The translations under genes were made by a program, and so were the position numbers. Positions 8,970 through 21,300 of a DNA stretch of 32,000 bases are shown here, in pieces. The first letter of the stretch is position 1. Each line of letters opens with the position of its first letter. Origin of the DNA: Wallemia ichthyophaga EXF-994 (lineage: Eukaryota > Fungi > Basidiomycota); contig NW_008806282.1 of the NCBI RefSeq assembly GCF_000400465.1, positions 150,001-182,000 of the forward strand. The letters run 5' to 3'. The notes beneath the pieces are model-generated. The model ran no database searches. It was not told where the DNA came from and was given only the letters and a program-made list of their open reading frames with translations.

Positions 8970-11900
8970 CTAAGCTGCATCTTCATCCTCTTCAACGATA
9001 ACGGTATCATCATTTTCCTTATGAGTAGGTTGAGATTGTTCGGTTGTGTTGTTGTTTTCGTTATTGTCAGCATCAGCTTCATCAGCCGCATAGAAAAGCC
9101 AATGGCACTGGTGGTGATTGTGAGATGCGCTCAATACATTCAATCATTTACTCACCTGCAGAATAAATATCTTAACCAAATTCGACACATGTCCAATGTT
9201 GCTCATGCTAGCCATAAAGTTGCCAGGTCCAGCTGGCGGTTTGAGTATGTTTGGACCGAAAACAATCGCGAGATTGTGTGCAAACATCTGGTTCTGATCC
9301 TCGAAGTCAGTGACTCTGAGTGATGGTTAGTTTGTAAAACGATTCAAATATCTCACTCACTTCTCCAGATGCTCTGCAAGTCTTCTCAGCAGTGTGAAAT
9401 GTGTTCTTGGCAAATTCCAAACAAGCTCGCGAATGGCATATAGCCGCTCTTCGTACTCCTCAATCAGCACTGCTTGGATAAAGCTGGGGTACATTGCATA
9501 TGGTACGACTGGTTCGGGCAATTCACGAAGATAAAGCTTAAGGATACCAGTGACTGAGTGTACATCTCTTGCGTCCCCTTCACTCAAGTTGATCGCCGAA
9601 GCATCGCTGTCGAATGCGTCCTTGAGGTTTGTAATCGAGCTAATAGCTCCACTTAATCTGTAAATGCCCGTTTCGAGCAAACCTCTCTTTTCAATCTCAT
9701 TCAAACACTTGTCAATAAGGATCGGAATATCCCCATTTTCGATACCTTCGTCGCCATGCTCTCGTCTCACAACTTCAGATAAATCAACACCAAAGACTGC
9801 TTTTATGTTAGATGGGCGTGGTGCGTTGGTAACTTATACTCACCTGCCTGTGGCTCCCTCTTTCCGGACACAGCTGGGGCTTGAGTTTGCTGTTGAGTTT
9901 GCGCTTGCAAATCGCTAGCCGAAGTTGCATTCGGAGCAATGTAAGTGAGACGCTTTGCGGCTGACGACTGACTCGCTCTTGAAACAACATCAATCCACTC
10001 CTTGACATCAGATGCAGACGTAGCTTGGAAAAGGTAGTTAGCTCCATCCTCAGACACGATTTGGAAAGTGTAACTGCGAGCATTGTTGACAAATTCAGAC
10101 ACTCTGGCAGCATGCAACGTAACGACTAGTGCAGGTTTGTTTGAGGGTTCGAAATCCAACTCAGACAGTCTCTTTCTAGGTGTCTCTGATGGTGTGTGCT
10201 GAGAGGAGCCGAATGCAATTGACAGAGGTCTAAATGGTCTGAGTAACGCCGTCATGCGCTTTCCTTGTCTTGATTTCTTGGCAGTATTTGTACTACCAAC
10301 ACTGGCAGTAGACGTCGATGATGTTGTTCGACTGTGCCTGGATAAAAACGACATAGAGGCAGCTTTCTGTATCTCTGTTTCACGTTTCTCGAGAACAGCC
10401 AAGTCATCTCGTTTTTCACGCCTCATGCGTTCGATAATTGTTGCATCTCTTTTCTCCTTCTCTTGTTGCAGCTTCACTACACCGGCGAAAGCATAAGTAT
10501 GCTCGACATTGAAATCCTTGGTCTGTGCCTCGATAACTTCTCGACTAGCGTCCTCATGCACATGTTTATGGATAGAATGCTCAGAATCCTTTGTCTGTAG
10601 ACGAGGTATCAGTTCATTCGACTGCTTGTCCATTAGTTGCAGAAGGAATGAAATAGATCCTTCATCCTCGCTAGACAGTACGTTCTGTTGACCGAGTTGC
10701 GGGGCGTTGCAACTGAAATTGAAGAGATACCTCCGCTTATCGAAGGAAACGAATTGTCCGATAAGATTCTCATCATCCCTTACGTCCAGTATTACTTCGA
10801 GCATACGCTCCCAGATCCAGCCGAGATCGACAGCGCAAGGCCGCTCACGCTCACGTAGGCTTGATACGCTTTTTCTCCTATCGCTTTCACTGACATCTGG
10901 CGACTTGATGAACGTCTGCAGCGACTGGATATCTGCATTCCTATTGTCAGCCACCTTAGTCCATGTACCGACATGGCTTCTGGATTCAGGCGTCACCAAA
11001 GCAGCCACTAGCGCACCCTCGACCATAGACTTAATAGTAGAGCCGGAAACGTCATTCGCAGACGGTACAATACTCGCCATGCTTGAACTCAATGTCCCAC
11101 CAGTACGCATAGAAATATCCTCGCCATTCAAGCAAGTCATCCTAGATCTGCAAATGGTAATAGCATCCAACATTATCTCTATCCTCTTTGATCGTGCTTC
11201 CAATCCTAAACCAACTTGCGAGATCATGTTTGTTGCCCATTTTCTCACTATCATAGTAGCCTTGTGAGCAGCTCTAACGCTGGCTGGCAATCTCCTAGCG
11301 ATACTGACATCTCCTTCTCCTTTAACGATAGATATGTACGTGTAAATATCCTGTATTGGCAAATTCTCCTGAGATGGATTGTGGTTGATGTCTTGCGATT
11401 TGCTTGCAAACCATCCATCATTCTCATTCACCTGAGTTTCAAACAATTCGGCTGTTGCGACTAAATCCTGCTCAGAAATGTTTCGGAGTATAGCAGAGCC
11501 AATCTGGTCCAAGGCTTCAACAATCTCCTCAGCTGAACTGTTGTCCATATTCTCAACAACAGTGGCAGCTTCAAGGATATCTCTAGTTTTACTCTCCGGA
11601 ACTGCCTTGTCTTCTGGAGCTGGCTCAGATGATTGGTCACCTTCCAGAACTCCTTCTGGCTTGATGTCACTGTTTAGCGACTCGGAGGGACCTTCATTGT
11701 TAGATAATAAATCAGGCCTAAGAGCCTGTCTGACAAAGAAGTCATACAAAGACTGCATTGCGCGCTGTGTAGTTTGCAGCGATGACAGCTGATCTTCGCT
11801 GACGTGGCGTTCTTGAGTCAATGTTTGTGCACCTTTCAAGAAGGTGTAGAGCCCAGAAAACAAAGCTTGCTCATCGAGAGCATCTTGCAGACCACCACCG

Positions 11901-14900
11901 AATTCTAACCAGAATCTCAGCGCATCAATAACACCAACACGCACTCTTGTTACTTGCTCCCACTCGATTTCATCGACTGGTATTCGTTCAGACTTCCAGG
12001 TTGGGAAGTGAACCTCTGAAGCGACCAGTGATAATTCCGGCGAGACGTTTGGAGCACATTCAAAGCGCTTTTGAAGCGTCTGACGGGTGTTAGAAGGCTT
12101 TACTTGAATATTGTAACAACGCACCTCAAAGAGTTTTAACGGAAGACAGATACTTCTGAAAGTAGCGAAGAACACATCGGCGTACTCAGTCAAGTCCATA
12201 GCAAACTTGATCTTCCCTTTACCAGCGGAAGACACCTCCAGACCACCGCCCATATCGTCAGCAGAAGTTCTTTGTACACCTAAATGATCAATGCCTAGAA
12301 TAAGCACGTCGATCAGCCTATCCAGGTTTCCACTCTTGACATGCACTCTCAAATACGCTTCATTCGAGTGATTGCTGCTGAAGTTACTGTAGTTGGAGTA
12401 CCGCTGCGAAGGCGTACCGATGAGACTTTGGCGCCTCACGGATGCAGCACGACCCAATGCACCAGTCGTACCGGTGGTGGTGCAGAAGTTAGACACGCTA
12501 GCATGTCGCGAAGTAGCCCGTGACTCTATCAAAGAAGTGGGTCTGGATCCCTCCTCACCCACTCTAGCAGATGAAGGTAACACCGGACTGTCGAGTTTAG
12601 TTTGACCACTTGCCGATGTAGCGACCGACAGTCTATGAGACACACTGAAACGCTTGACAAAAAATGACTCATTAGGGAGGGCTTTGATCACCAATTCTCC
12701 ATCACACAAGTTAAATAACGTCTCTGCGCCACCAGCTGCCATCTCCTTCATCGTCCTTTGAAATGCCAGACGACGGTTCTGAGGCTCGTGTATATTCTTG
12801 GCTGCCTTTTCTATAGCTAGAACTGGCGATTGTCCGTCTTCGTTTTTGATAGCGCGGCGTGAAGGCTTGCGTTTGAGATCCATATCGAAACTCCTTCTGC
12901 GCAGCTGAAGTGAATGCGTGCGCACAAGTTGACGAGCTTGTGGTGTAGGTGTTGGGAGAGTTGTTTGCGCTGACTTTGTTGAATCCGTGCTGTCAAGTCT
13001 CGACATTTTCGGTTTGGAAGGTTGAGCATAAAGTTTCTCGTTAGCTTCTGCCGCAATGCTCTCTGCATCACTGAAGGTAACATATGACAACGTTGGTGGG
13101 AATGTCAGGGGCGTAAGTGGATGTACGAGTAGTTGAGTAGGTGGTTTGTAGTCGGTTGCAAGGGCTGGAGACGCGCTTGCAATGGAATCTTCTGTCTTGT
13201 GAGTCTTGCGCTCAGCAGGTGCGTTCAGCAATCTACTTTCACAACTGAGAGAGTTGCCAATATAGAGAGATATTCTATGAATTGATTAGAGTTTATAAAT
13301 TGAGCAGATTCAACTCACTGAGGCAGTTGTGGTATCGGTATTAAAGACAAATACTGCCACAGCGCACCAAACTCGACCAACAAAGCTGCACATCTAGATG
13401 TCAAAACTTTGTCATCGTCCTCCTCACGTCCACCAACAGTATGATTATCATCATCATCATTAGTCGCAGTACCAACTGTGTCACGACTACTCTTATGATT
13501 CAAATCTATTTTGACATTCTGACCCAAGTAAGACTCTTCGAACAACGCAAACGCTTCATAAAGTCTCCTACGCGATCTGTATAATGGAGCAAGCTGAATC
13601 TCATCGGTGCTGTGAGCATCTAGCGTCGGCTTCACGTCATCCAGTAGTGTTCCAAGGTATGGTATAGCAGCTGAGGTGACGTGAATTGAAGAATTTGCTG
13701 CTGGTCTAACTTTACTCTTGGGTGGTATTGTGTAGTTTGGAATTGATGTCGCCGGTTTGACCTTTGCTTCAGTGGTAATTTCAGCCTCATCAACAACTCC
13801 CAAATCAGCCAGCGTTGCTGCCCATCTTGACACCGTGTTACGTTCATCACGACCAATGCGCTTCCATGTCCTTGAAAGTCGTGATACAGCGCGGGAGCAA
13901 AGACCCAACGCAACAGCAGCCCATCCTGCAGCATCGCCAAGTCGCTCAAGTGACATACCGACTCTGATCCAATGCACGATCAAAGTTGCACGCAAAGCGG
14001 TGGGCGAAGACGTCGTAGCAGCGACTAGAGATCTCAACTGACCAAGTGAGCTAATTCCCTCTAAATTAAGTGGTTGTCTTGATAGAATAAGAACATGGTG
14101 CAATATCAATCTAGTCAGGAAATGAGGCTTGGCGGGAGAAAATGACAAGAGCAATAACGGATTGGCATCATCAGCTTGCTGACAAATTCTCAAAAACATT
14201 TCTTGTCTGACCCTCAAATCCTCACCATCGTGCTTGTCAAGGTATTCACCAAGTCCGTTTATGCGTTCAACGTGATAGGAGTGTACTTGACGACCAATCT
14301 CCCGCGGCTCTAACACCAGAAATAGAGCTGGTGTCAAACCAGCATTTGCAAGGTGCTTCGAAACTTCTGATCGCAGGACCTGCGGCGACGAAGAATCACT
14401 CCGTAGCTTACTTTGGTAGTCTTCAGGTGCGAAGGGAGAAGGTATATCACGAGGATTGAAGAGGTTTGCATGAATTGTTTTGACTAAATCTTCGTGTTCC
14501 TGCGTCGATGGCCTAGGCTTTATGGCTTCGACAAGATTAATGAGTATTCTCTTTCCTTGGTCATCGAGCTGCAAACGCTGAATTGCGACGAGATATCTTA
14601 TGATGAAAGGTAGGATGACATGCTGAATGTATTCTGCGTTTGGAGCTTCTTGCAACGCGGTATTTGAACACTTCTGGACTTCACTGAAGAACCTTGTTGG
14701 TGTAAAGTGCTTTTCGAGTACCGCAGAGTAGTTGAAAATGACGCTCTCGACGTATTCATATTGTTGATCTGAGGTATGTTAGGATTGAAATGGAGACATT
14801 AAGAACTCACCATTATTAGAAGACTGTGTAGCGAAGATCATTTCATGAACAATTGCACCCGGACTACCACCGATAACTCTTTCGTCAGACGCGCTCTCAT

Positions 14901-15912
14901 TAATGACGAGACCGGGATGCTTATCTTTACCGTAATACGCGCGTGATCTTTGAACAGGGTTCTGCTGCTGGATAGGAGCACTAGGTATAAGTCTCTGAGG
15001 AAAAAAGTCCTTAATGGCGTTAGCCTTCTCGGACGAAGGTATCTTGTATAAAAATAGCTTGTTGTTCCTTAATGTGACTTTGAAGGGTTTCCAGTTACGA
15101 GAGAGTTCGCCTTGTGTTTTTCGTGAGGGCATGTAATCAATCTTTCTTTGGAGGAAGCCGGACCTAAGAGTGATCTGCGAAGACCTTTTATCGGTGCGCT
15201 GTTCTTGAGACCAGAAATCGTGATCACGACCCGGGGTTGGAGAAGGCGGGTCATCACGGCCGACATCCAGATCAAAAACGTGATTTGAAGTGTTCGTAGG
15301 TGAGACAGCTGTGTTAGTTTCGTCATCAGACCGGGCTTTAGCTGTGGGGTGAAGCGTTGGGTGGGAAGAAGTGGGAGTGAGGAGCGCTTCATGCTCTGGT
15401 GTGGGTGAGCCCCCCTTTGGAGACTCAAGGCTGGAGGAAGAAGATTGGGCTATGGAAGCGAGTGGAGTTGGATTGCCAAAGAGAATAGAATGAGCAGCAA
15501 GTGAAGATTTCCTCTGCGGTCTCTGATTGAAGTCAGGGGTCATGAGAGATGCTTGCTGCTGCTGGGACTGCTGGGACTGCTGGGCTTGCTCTTCAATCGG
15601 GTAGACAGCCATCGGGAGAGATATCTTGCGCGTACGGAGAGATGATTCAGCGGGATCTTTCCTGGGCTGAACGTGTATCTGGTCGTTGAAGCTGCCCAAG
15701 TCATCGACTGACTTTGAGTGCTTTTGTTCTGTGCTCGTGTATGGCTGGTTGAAATGAAGTGAATTGGATTGCTGCAAAGATTTTTTGCTATTCGACGGCT
15801 GCAATCTCTTCAAGTAGTTTACAAAGTTTGGCCTTGACTCGTCATCCTTTTTGAATCGTCTCATCGTCGTGGGGCACAACGAGTCGCGTCGAATGGACGT
15901 GCTCACGTCCAT
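8970..15912 (-). CDS. BEM2: Bem2-like large Rho GTPase-activating protein (PH + RasGEF-like x2 + PH + RhoGAP); complement(join(8970..9107,9156..9315,9361..9796,9844..12079,12125..13244,13319..14768,14811..15912)), 2213 aa
   Basis: Six GT-AG introns (42-74 nt) join the ORFs in one frame. N-terminal PH-like GFLQRK..WKPFKVTLRNNKLFLYK; REM-like GGSPGAIVHEMIF and VKSGNLDRLIDVL; CDC25-like HWIRVG..AVSRLSRTW..IPYLG; C-terminal PH (YTFQIVSEDGANYLFQATS..EWI); RhoGAP VFGVDL..GIYRLSG..LKLYLRELPEP..NLAIVFGPNIL. Confidence 0.88.
15559..15585 (-). repeat. 9-nt tandem repeat x3 (plus-strand unit CTGCTGGGA) encoding a Gln-rich QQ(A/S) tract in the Bem2-like N-terminus
   Basis: Directly visible: ctgctggga ctgctggga ctgctgggc. 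Confidence 0.8.
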
Positions 15913-16266
15913 TTCTGCTCGAAAATAAATAAACTTACACTTGTGAGTCGTGGAACAGCGTATTTTGCTGTATTCCCTATATTATCCACAGTTTTACCTT
16001 TCAATTTATGTTTCTGGTATGTGTGACAGCGGTGACGATTTACGGCAAGTACGACAGCTGCGATCGATGATCTAGAGCGTTTCCATGGATTATATTCTAA
16101 AATACACCCACTCCGATACATTTTTTTGCAAATTTTGGCACGCGATCTTTATCAGATCTCAGTGTGCCTCCTTTCAACCTCGGCGAAGAATTGAGTAATT
16201 TGAGTAAATTGCAAAATTACGGAGCTTGCGATAAGACGAGTACGTCATCTTCACGATAACAAGAAT

Positions 16267-16308
16267 ATGCTGATCGCCCCTCAAACTCACTCAGTCATCA
16301 CACAATGA
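16267..16308 (+). other. Candidate 13-codon uORF (MLIAPQTHSVITQ*) whose TGA overlaps the ARG2 ATG
   Basis: ATG at 16267 with A at -3. Open frame to TGA 16306-16308, overlapping ATG 16305-16307. Translation depends on an unknown TSS. Confidence 0.35.
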
Positions 16309-18305
16309 AACGCTACTTGAGCTCGTCGACGAGGCTAGCCAAATCTGACCCTGGAAACCATCAGCGAGTGAGTGCACCTACTACGTCTTCCCCAGCTACC
16401 TCATCTAATTCCACTTCTTCAGGACCTTATCTTATCCGTACTCAACGCCAGGCCGTCTGCCAGGGACTCCAAATCCTACTTGGCATCTTTCAGAAAACCA
16501 CAAAAGCCTGCATTCGACGTAAATCACAGCCTTCCTCTCAAGACCTCCGACATTGATCCCACCACGCCTTTATCTACCACGACCACTGCGCCCGATGACG
16601 AGATACTCGACCCTATAAACCCTCGAGCAGGGCTCGTAAAGCTCCAGGGTCCTTTCACCGATCGCCAGCTCGACTCTATAGGCGTCGGGATGAACAACCT
16701 TCGCGAAATGGGTCTTGTCAGCGTCGTCGTTGTCGATTCCGAGCTGTGGTCCGTCGAGCGACTGAAGCGAGCCAAGAACAACGGCAGCCACGCCGTCTCA
16801 CAGCTCATACACTCAATTCGCGACGAGGTTATTAGAGTTACAGAGACATTAATCGAAGAGGGCAGCGAAGCGATACCTATCCTACACCCAATAGCGCATC
16901 TCGATAAACGCTCCAAGTGTCTCCCTCAATGGGCTACATCACAGCAACATAGAAGAGCCAGACATGCACCTGAGACATGCCATATCAACCTCGCAGACCT
17001 GGCCCAAATCCGCAAAGCTATCAAGAAACGCATAACACCTGTAATACCGTCGTTTGCATTTAACGACGACCTCAGGACAATACCTGTGCATGCTGACGAG
17101 ATACTGGTCGCACTGTCAGAATCGCTCGAGGCTGCACAATCTCAAAAGGCAGACGAGCTCAAAAAGCTGACAATGGATATCACACCACTGCGTCTACTGA
17201 TTATAACAAGAACCGGAGGTATTCCTTCACCCGCACGATCAGGTCTGCCGCATTTATCCATAAACTTGTCAAGCGAGCATGAGCATATCGCTTCAACTTT
17301 CGTTTGGGAGTCTTCACACCCATCCGCACTAACAAACCTCTCGCTGGCAAGACGGTGTCTGATGCACATGCCACAGTCATCTACTGCTCTAATTGTCGGA
17401 CACAGATCCGCAATGGACCTCGTAGCCAATCTGATAACTAACAAACCCGCTCACTCTGCCTCCTTGCCACACGAGCTTCTCGTTACTTCCGATAAGATCA
17501 CATCACACACTCCTACATCGGTCAGATTAGGTGCGCCCATACAATGTATTCGCAATTTCGAAGACATCGACCAAGACAAACTAACCCACCTCCTCGAATC
17601 GTCATTCAGGCGAGTTTTAGACAGAGATGCGTTCTTTACTCGTCTTAGGCACTCGCTAGATTTTGTCATTGTTGCTGGTGATTATGGCGGCTGCGCCATT
17701 GTGACGAATGAGGTGGATCGCGATGTCGATGGCAATGGCAATGGCAATGGCGAACGTGATGACTCAAACTCTATCGCATACCTGGACAAATTTGCTGTAC
17801 TCCCATCTATGCAAGGAGACGGTACTGTCGATTTCCTCTGGCTGGCCTTGCGCGATGAAAGCTTCGGACTTGGATTGCTCGATGCTCTCAACACCAACGG
17901 CGGCCTCGAAGGTAAAGGTGTAGGCAAGGACTTGGTTTGGAGATCACGTGGCAACAACCCGATAAATAAGGTGAGTTTGTGGGCGCTCAGCTCAATAACA
18001 TCGACTAAACTCCAACACAGTGGTACTTCGAGAGAGCCACCGGATTTCTGCGGGTCGAGGGCAAGACTGAAGCGGCCAAGAAGGCAGGTGGATGGGTCAT
18101 GTTCTGGGCGGATGCAGAGGATAAACTGGCACGTAAATTGAAAGGTCGCCACGCAACACCTCTCGCACCAACAGGAATCCCACTACCGGGAAGTGAAGGT
18201 CTCAGTAACCCAGACCTTGGCTTGTCACTTATTGAAGACGAGGAGCAAGGACGGCTGCTCATCTATGAAAAAGTTGCATCCAACATACCCTCTAGTTGGA
18301 AGTGA
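16305..18305 (+). CDS. ARG2: Mitochondrial N-acetylglutamate synthase (amino-acid N-acetyltransferase); join(16305..16367,16423..17970,18021..18305), 631 aa
   Basis: Presequence-like MKRYLSSSTRLAKS; DLILSVLNARPSARDSKSYL; kinase-like domain GGIPSPARSGLPHLSINLSSE; NAT/DUF619-type AYLDKFAV..DFLW..VWRSR..NPINK|WYFERATGF after removing introns 16368..16422 and 17971..18020. Confidence 0.9.
17729..17751 (+). repeat. (ATGGCA)n microsatellite, about 4 units, encoding GNGNGNG in Arg2
   Basis: Directly visible hexamer repeat. Confidence 0.8.
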
Positions 18306-18366
18306 AAATAAACAGACAAGGATAGATATAGAATTTCTAACGAGTAATATCAATGCATGTATCAAC

Positions 18367-21300
18367 TCACTGGCTGAATATTAAGTTGAGATTAGCTATT
18401 CTCTCCTGTTTGTTTTCTTCTGATGATTTACCACCTAGCGCATTGTCAACGAGCGCAGTCTTGCGTTTCTGTATGTGCATAACGCGATCCTCTATGCTGT
18501 CTTGGATACAGAACCTCACAACGTGTACGTCTTTCTCTTGGCCGATTCTATGTACTCTATCAATAGCCTGCTTTTCGATGGCTTCGTTCCACCAGACGTC
18601 CATCATAAATACGTGGTTAGCGGAAGTAAGGTTGAGTCCCACACCACCAGCTCGCAAGCTGATGAGAAGGACTACACTATTATCACCTCTATCGAGATCA
18701 TTGAGTACTATCTCCCTATTCTTCTGTGACGTCGATCCATCCAGTCTTAAGAAATGAATCTTGTCCTTAATGAGCGAATCGCCAACTAGATCCAAGAAAG
18801 CTGTGAATTGTGAGAAAACGACAGCTTTGAATTTACCCTCCACTTCGCGCAATCGCTGTAAATGTCCAGTGAGAGCACGCAGTTTCGCTGAGGATTGAAA
18901 ATTGTGCGCCTTTCGCAACTTCACCACTTGGTCATTCTGGGATGTCGGTTCACCGTACACGACCTCAAGTAGTTGATCTGTGCGTATTGGGCCATTGCGG
19001 CAGACTGGACACGAAGTCATCTCCCCCTTGTCTTCTAATCTATCGAAGTATCCTAGAACGCATTGCTTGCAGCTGATGGGAGGTGGGTAAGAGGAGTCTA
19101 GGGTGCAATGTTATTCTCACCTCTTGTGCATACACGGAAGCAGAACAGGGATAGACATGTTCTCAAAACATATCTAAGACGTGTTAGTTTGTATAGCAAA
19201 TACAGTGTATACCCACAGGACACTCATTGTCCTCTTCACTCATGTCAGTCTGCTCATGAACTCCGTTCGCGAGTTCACTGAGTACCTGCTTGGCGTAATT
19301 GGAATCACCACCTGCGGCAAATTTTGCAATCATAGACTGTATGTCAATACCTGCAACACCACCATCATCGTCCTCCACTTCATCGCTCTCTGTGTCCTTC
19401 TTATTACCTCCGGATGTGACAAGAAACGGATGGAGAGCAGCTTGGCGAAGTCTGAGGAGCATTGCGAATATGTTACTGTAGCTTTTGAGCAACATCCCTT
19501 TATGACTCAAAGCATCGAACTTCCTCTTCGCTTTTTTAAAGATAGCGTTGTATATCTGTCTCTCCTCCGGGGAGAAATCGAGTTTCTCAACATTGACAAT
19601 CTTCTTGGGGAGTGTGACGATAGGTTTCCCATCGCTATCTCGCATGTTCTTCTCTCTCCGGAGCAGACAAGATGACATTATGACCTGGATCAGTTCTATA
19701 GCCTTGGGATCTTGGCTTGCAAATGGTGCGGTAATGAAACTCTTGAAGAAGGTGAAATCGGACCAAGGTTCAACTTTAAGGAATTTGAGCAGCGAGTAAA
19801 GGTCTTCGAGGCGATTGACAATCGGTGTGCCTGTGAGAGCCCATCTTCTGTAAGCAGCGATTTCGAATGCCGCCTTGGCATTGAGCGTCGATCTGTTTTT
19901 GATGTGGTGTGCCTCGTCAATTACAACTCTGTGCCAATAATAATCGAGAATCGTCGGTACGGTGACAGCCTCGTTGGAAGACTTTACGAATGTCTGGTAG
20001 TCGCTTATGAGAACACCATAGCTTGTTATTACGACATTGAAACAATTCGAGTAATCTATAACATTGCCATTCTCATCTTCAACTTTTGTGCGCTTTCTCA
20101 GTTGATTCTCAAGATTGCCTCGATTTTCGCCGTAGTATACAATGGTGCGAACAGAGCCTTTCGCAGAGCACCGCTCAATCTCGTCTCGCCACTGACCGAG
20201 CAGGGACATAGGAACGATGACGAGAGTAGTGTCATTGAGCGCCTTGAAACCCCCCGGCTGTCTGGATTGTGAGGGATTTTTAGCAGACGTAGATGTATTC
20301 TGCTTCCGTTTCTTCTTTGGCTTGCCATCTTCAGTGTCTCGGATTTCCTGGCTCTGACTGAGCTGATAATCGTTATCTGAATCGCTCTGATCGATCTTTA
20401 TAGGAGCAGATTTAGATTGTTTGCTCCCAACTGCGTCAATTCTCTGCTGCTTTCCTGGCTTGACTGTATTGATTTGTTTTTGGTGCCAAGACAAGTCTGA
20501 GTTTTTGTGGTGATGGAGAAGCGCTGCAATCATAATAGTCTTCCCCATACCCATTTCATCGCCCTGTATGCCACCTCTCAGAGTCTTGTTGGCAGATGGG
20601 AAAGTATCTGACAGCTCGCTCGAGTATGGATTGAAGTAAAAATACTCGGCATGAGTCGTGCTCTGCGGATGATCTCTGAATCGGTATCTAGAGAATTGGT
20701 TTACATGTCGCTATTACTTGCGAGAAAGTACTCACTTTTCCCAAAGAGGATGCATCGCTTGAGGATGTGGATCACACGACCGGCTTCTCCCGTTTTTCCC
20801 AATCTCCTCGCTTTCTCCACTCTCCATTGACGACATCCAGCTGAGCGCTTCCTTTTGGTAGTTGCGCAGTGTCAGATTGAAGCTGTCAGCGGCATCAATA
20901 GGCATCAAGTTCCTGCTAGTACCTCCAGCGCGGCTATAGACAGCTCGCAGCTGCTCGTCATCGACTTTGTCAGGGGTTTGAGAGCGATCGTGAGCGTTAT
21001 CGTGAGCTTGATCATGCTCATCGTCGCTGCTATCAATGTTGATAACGGACTTGTCCATCACATGCGTAGTTTTGGTGTTGTTTTTGACGGTGTTATCAGT
21101 GTCGGTGTCAGTGTTCGCAGTGTTCACGGTGTCAACGGAGTGTATCTGTGAAGCAGCTTGCTTGAAGTGGTCAATCTGGGATATGCCATTAAGGGCGCCT
21201 TTGCGACGATGCTGTTGGGTGACACTGCTGCTTTCAATCGGGCTCAAGCTGGTATGGTGGAACACTTTCATCAGAGCCTCCTGCCGTCCAGCAAGTTCTT

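Noticed and set aside
15915-15938. GTAAGT donor-like site in the BEM2 5' leader
   Set aside because: The next AG before the ATG would give an intron of about 24 nt, far below the 42-nt minimum seen here.
16267-16308. Identifying the ARG2 uORF as the arginine attenuator peptide
   Set aside because: It is too short, lacks the conserved D..W-type AAP residues, and AAP is linked to the CPS small-subunit gene rather than NAGS.
18292-18370. Extra RAD5 intron starting at the GTGAGT that overlaps the stop codon
   Set aside because: The protein already ends where Rad5 orthologues end, and the extension would run into the ARG2 coding sequence. It cannot be fully excluded without RNA.
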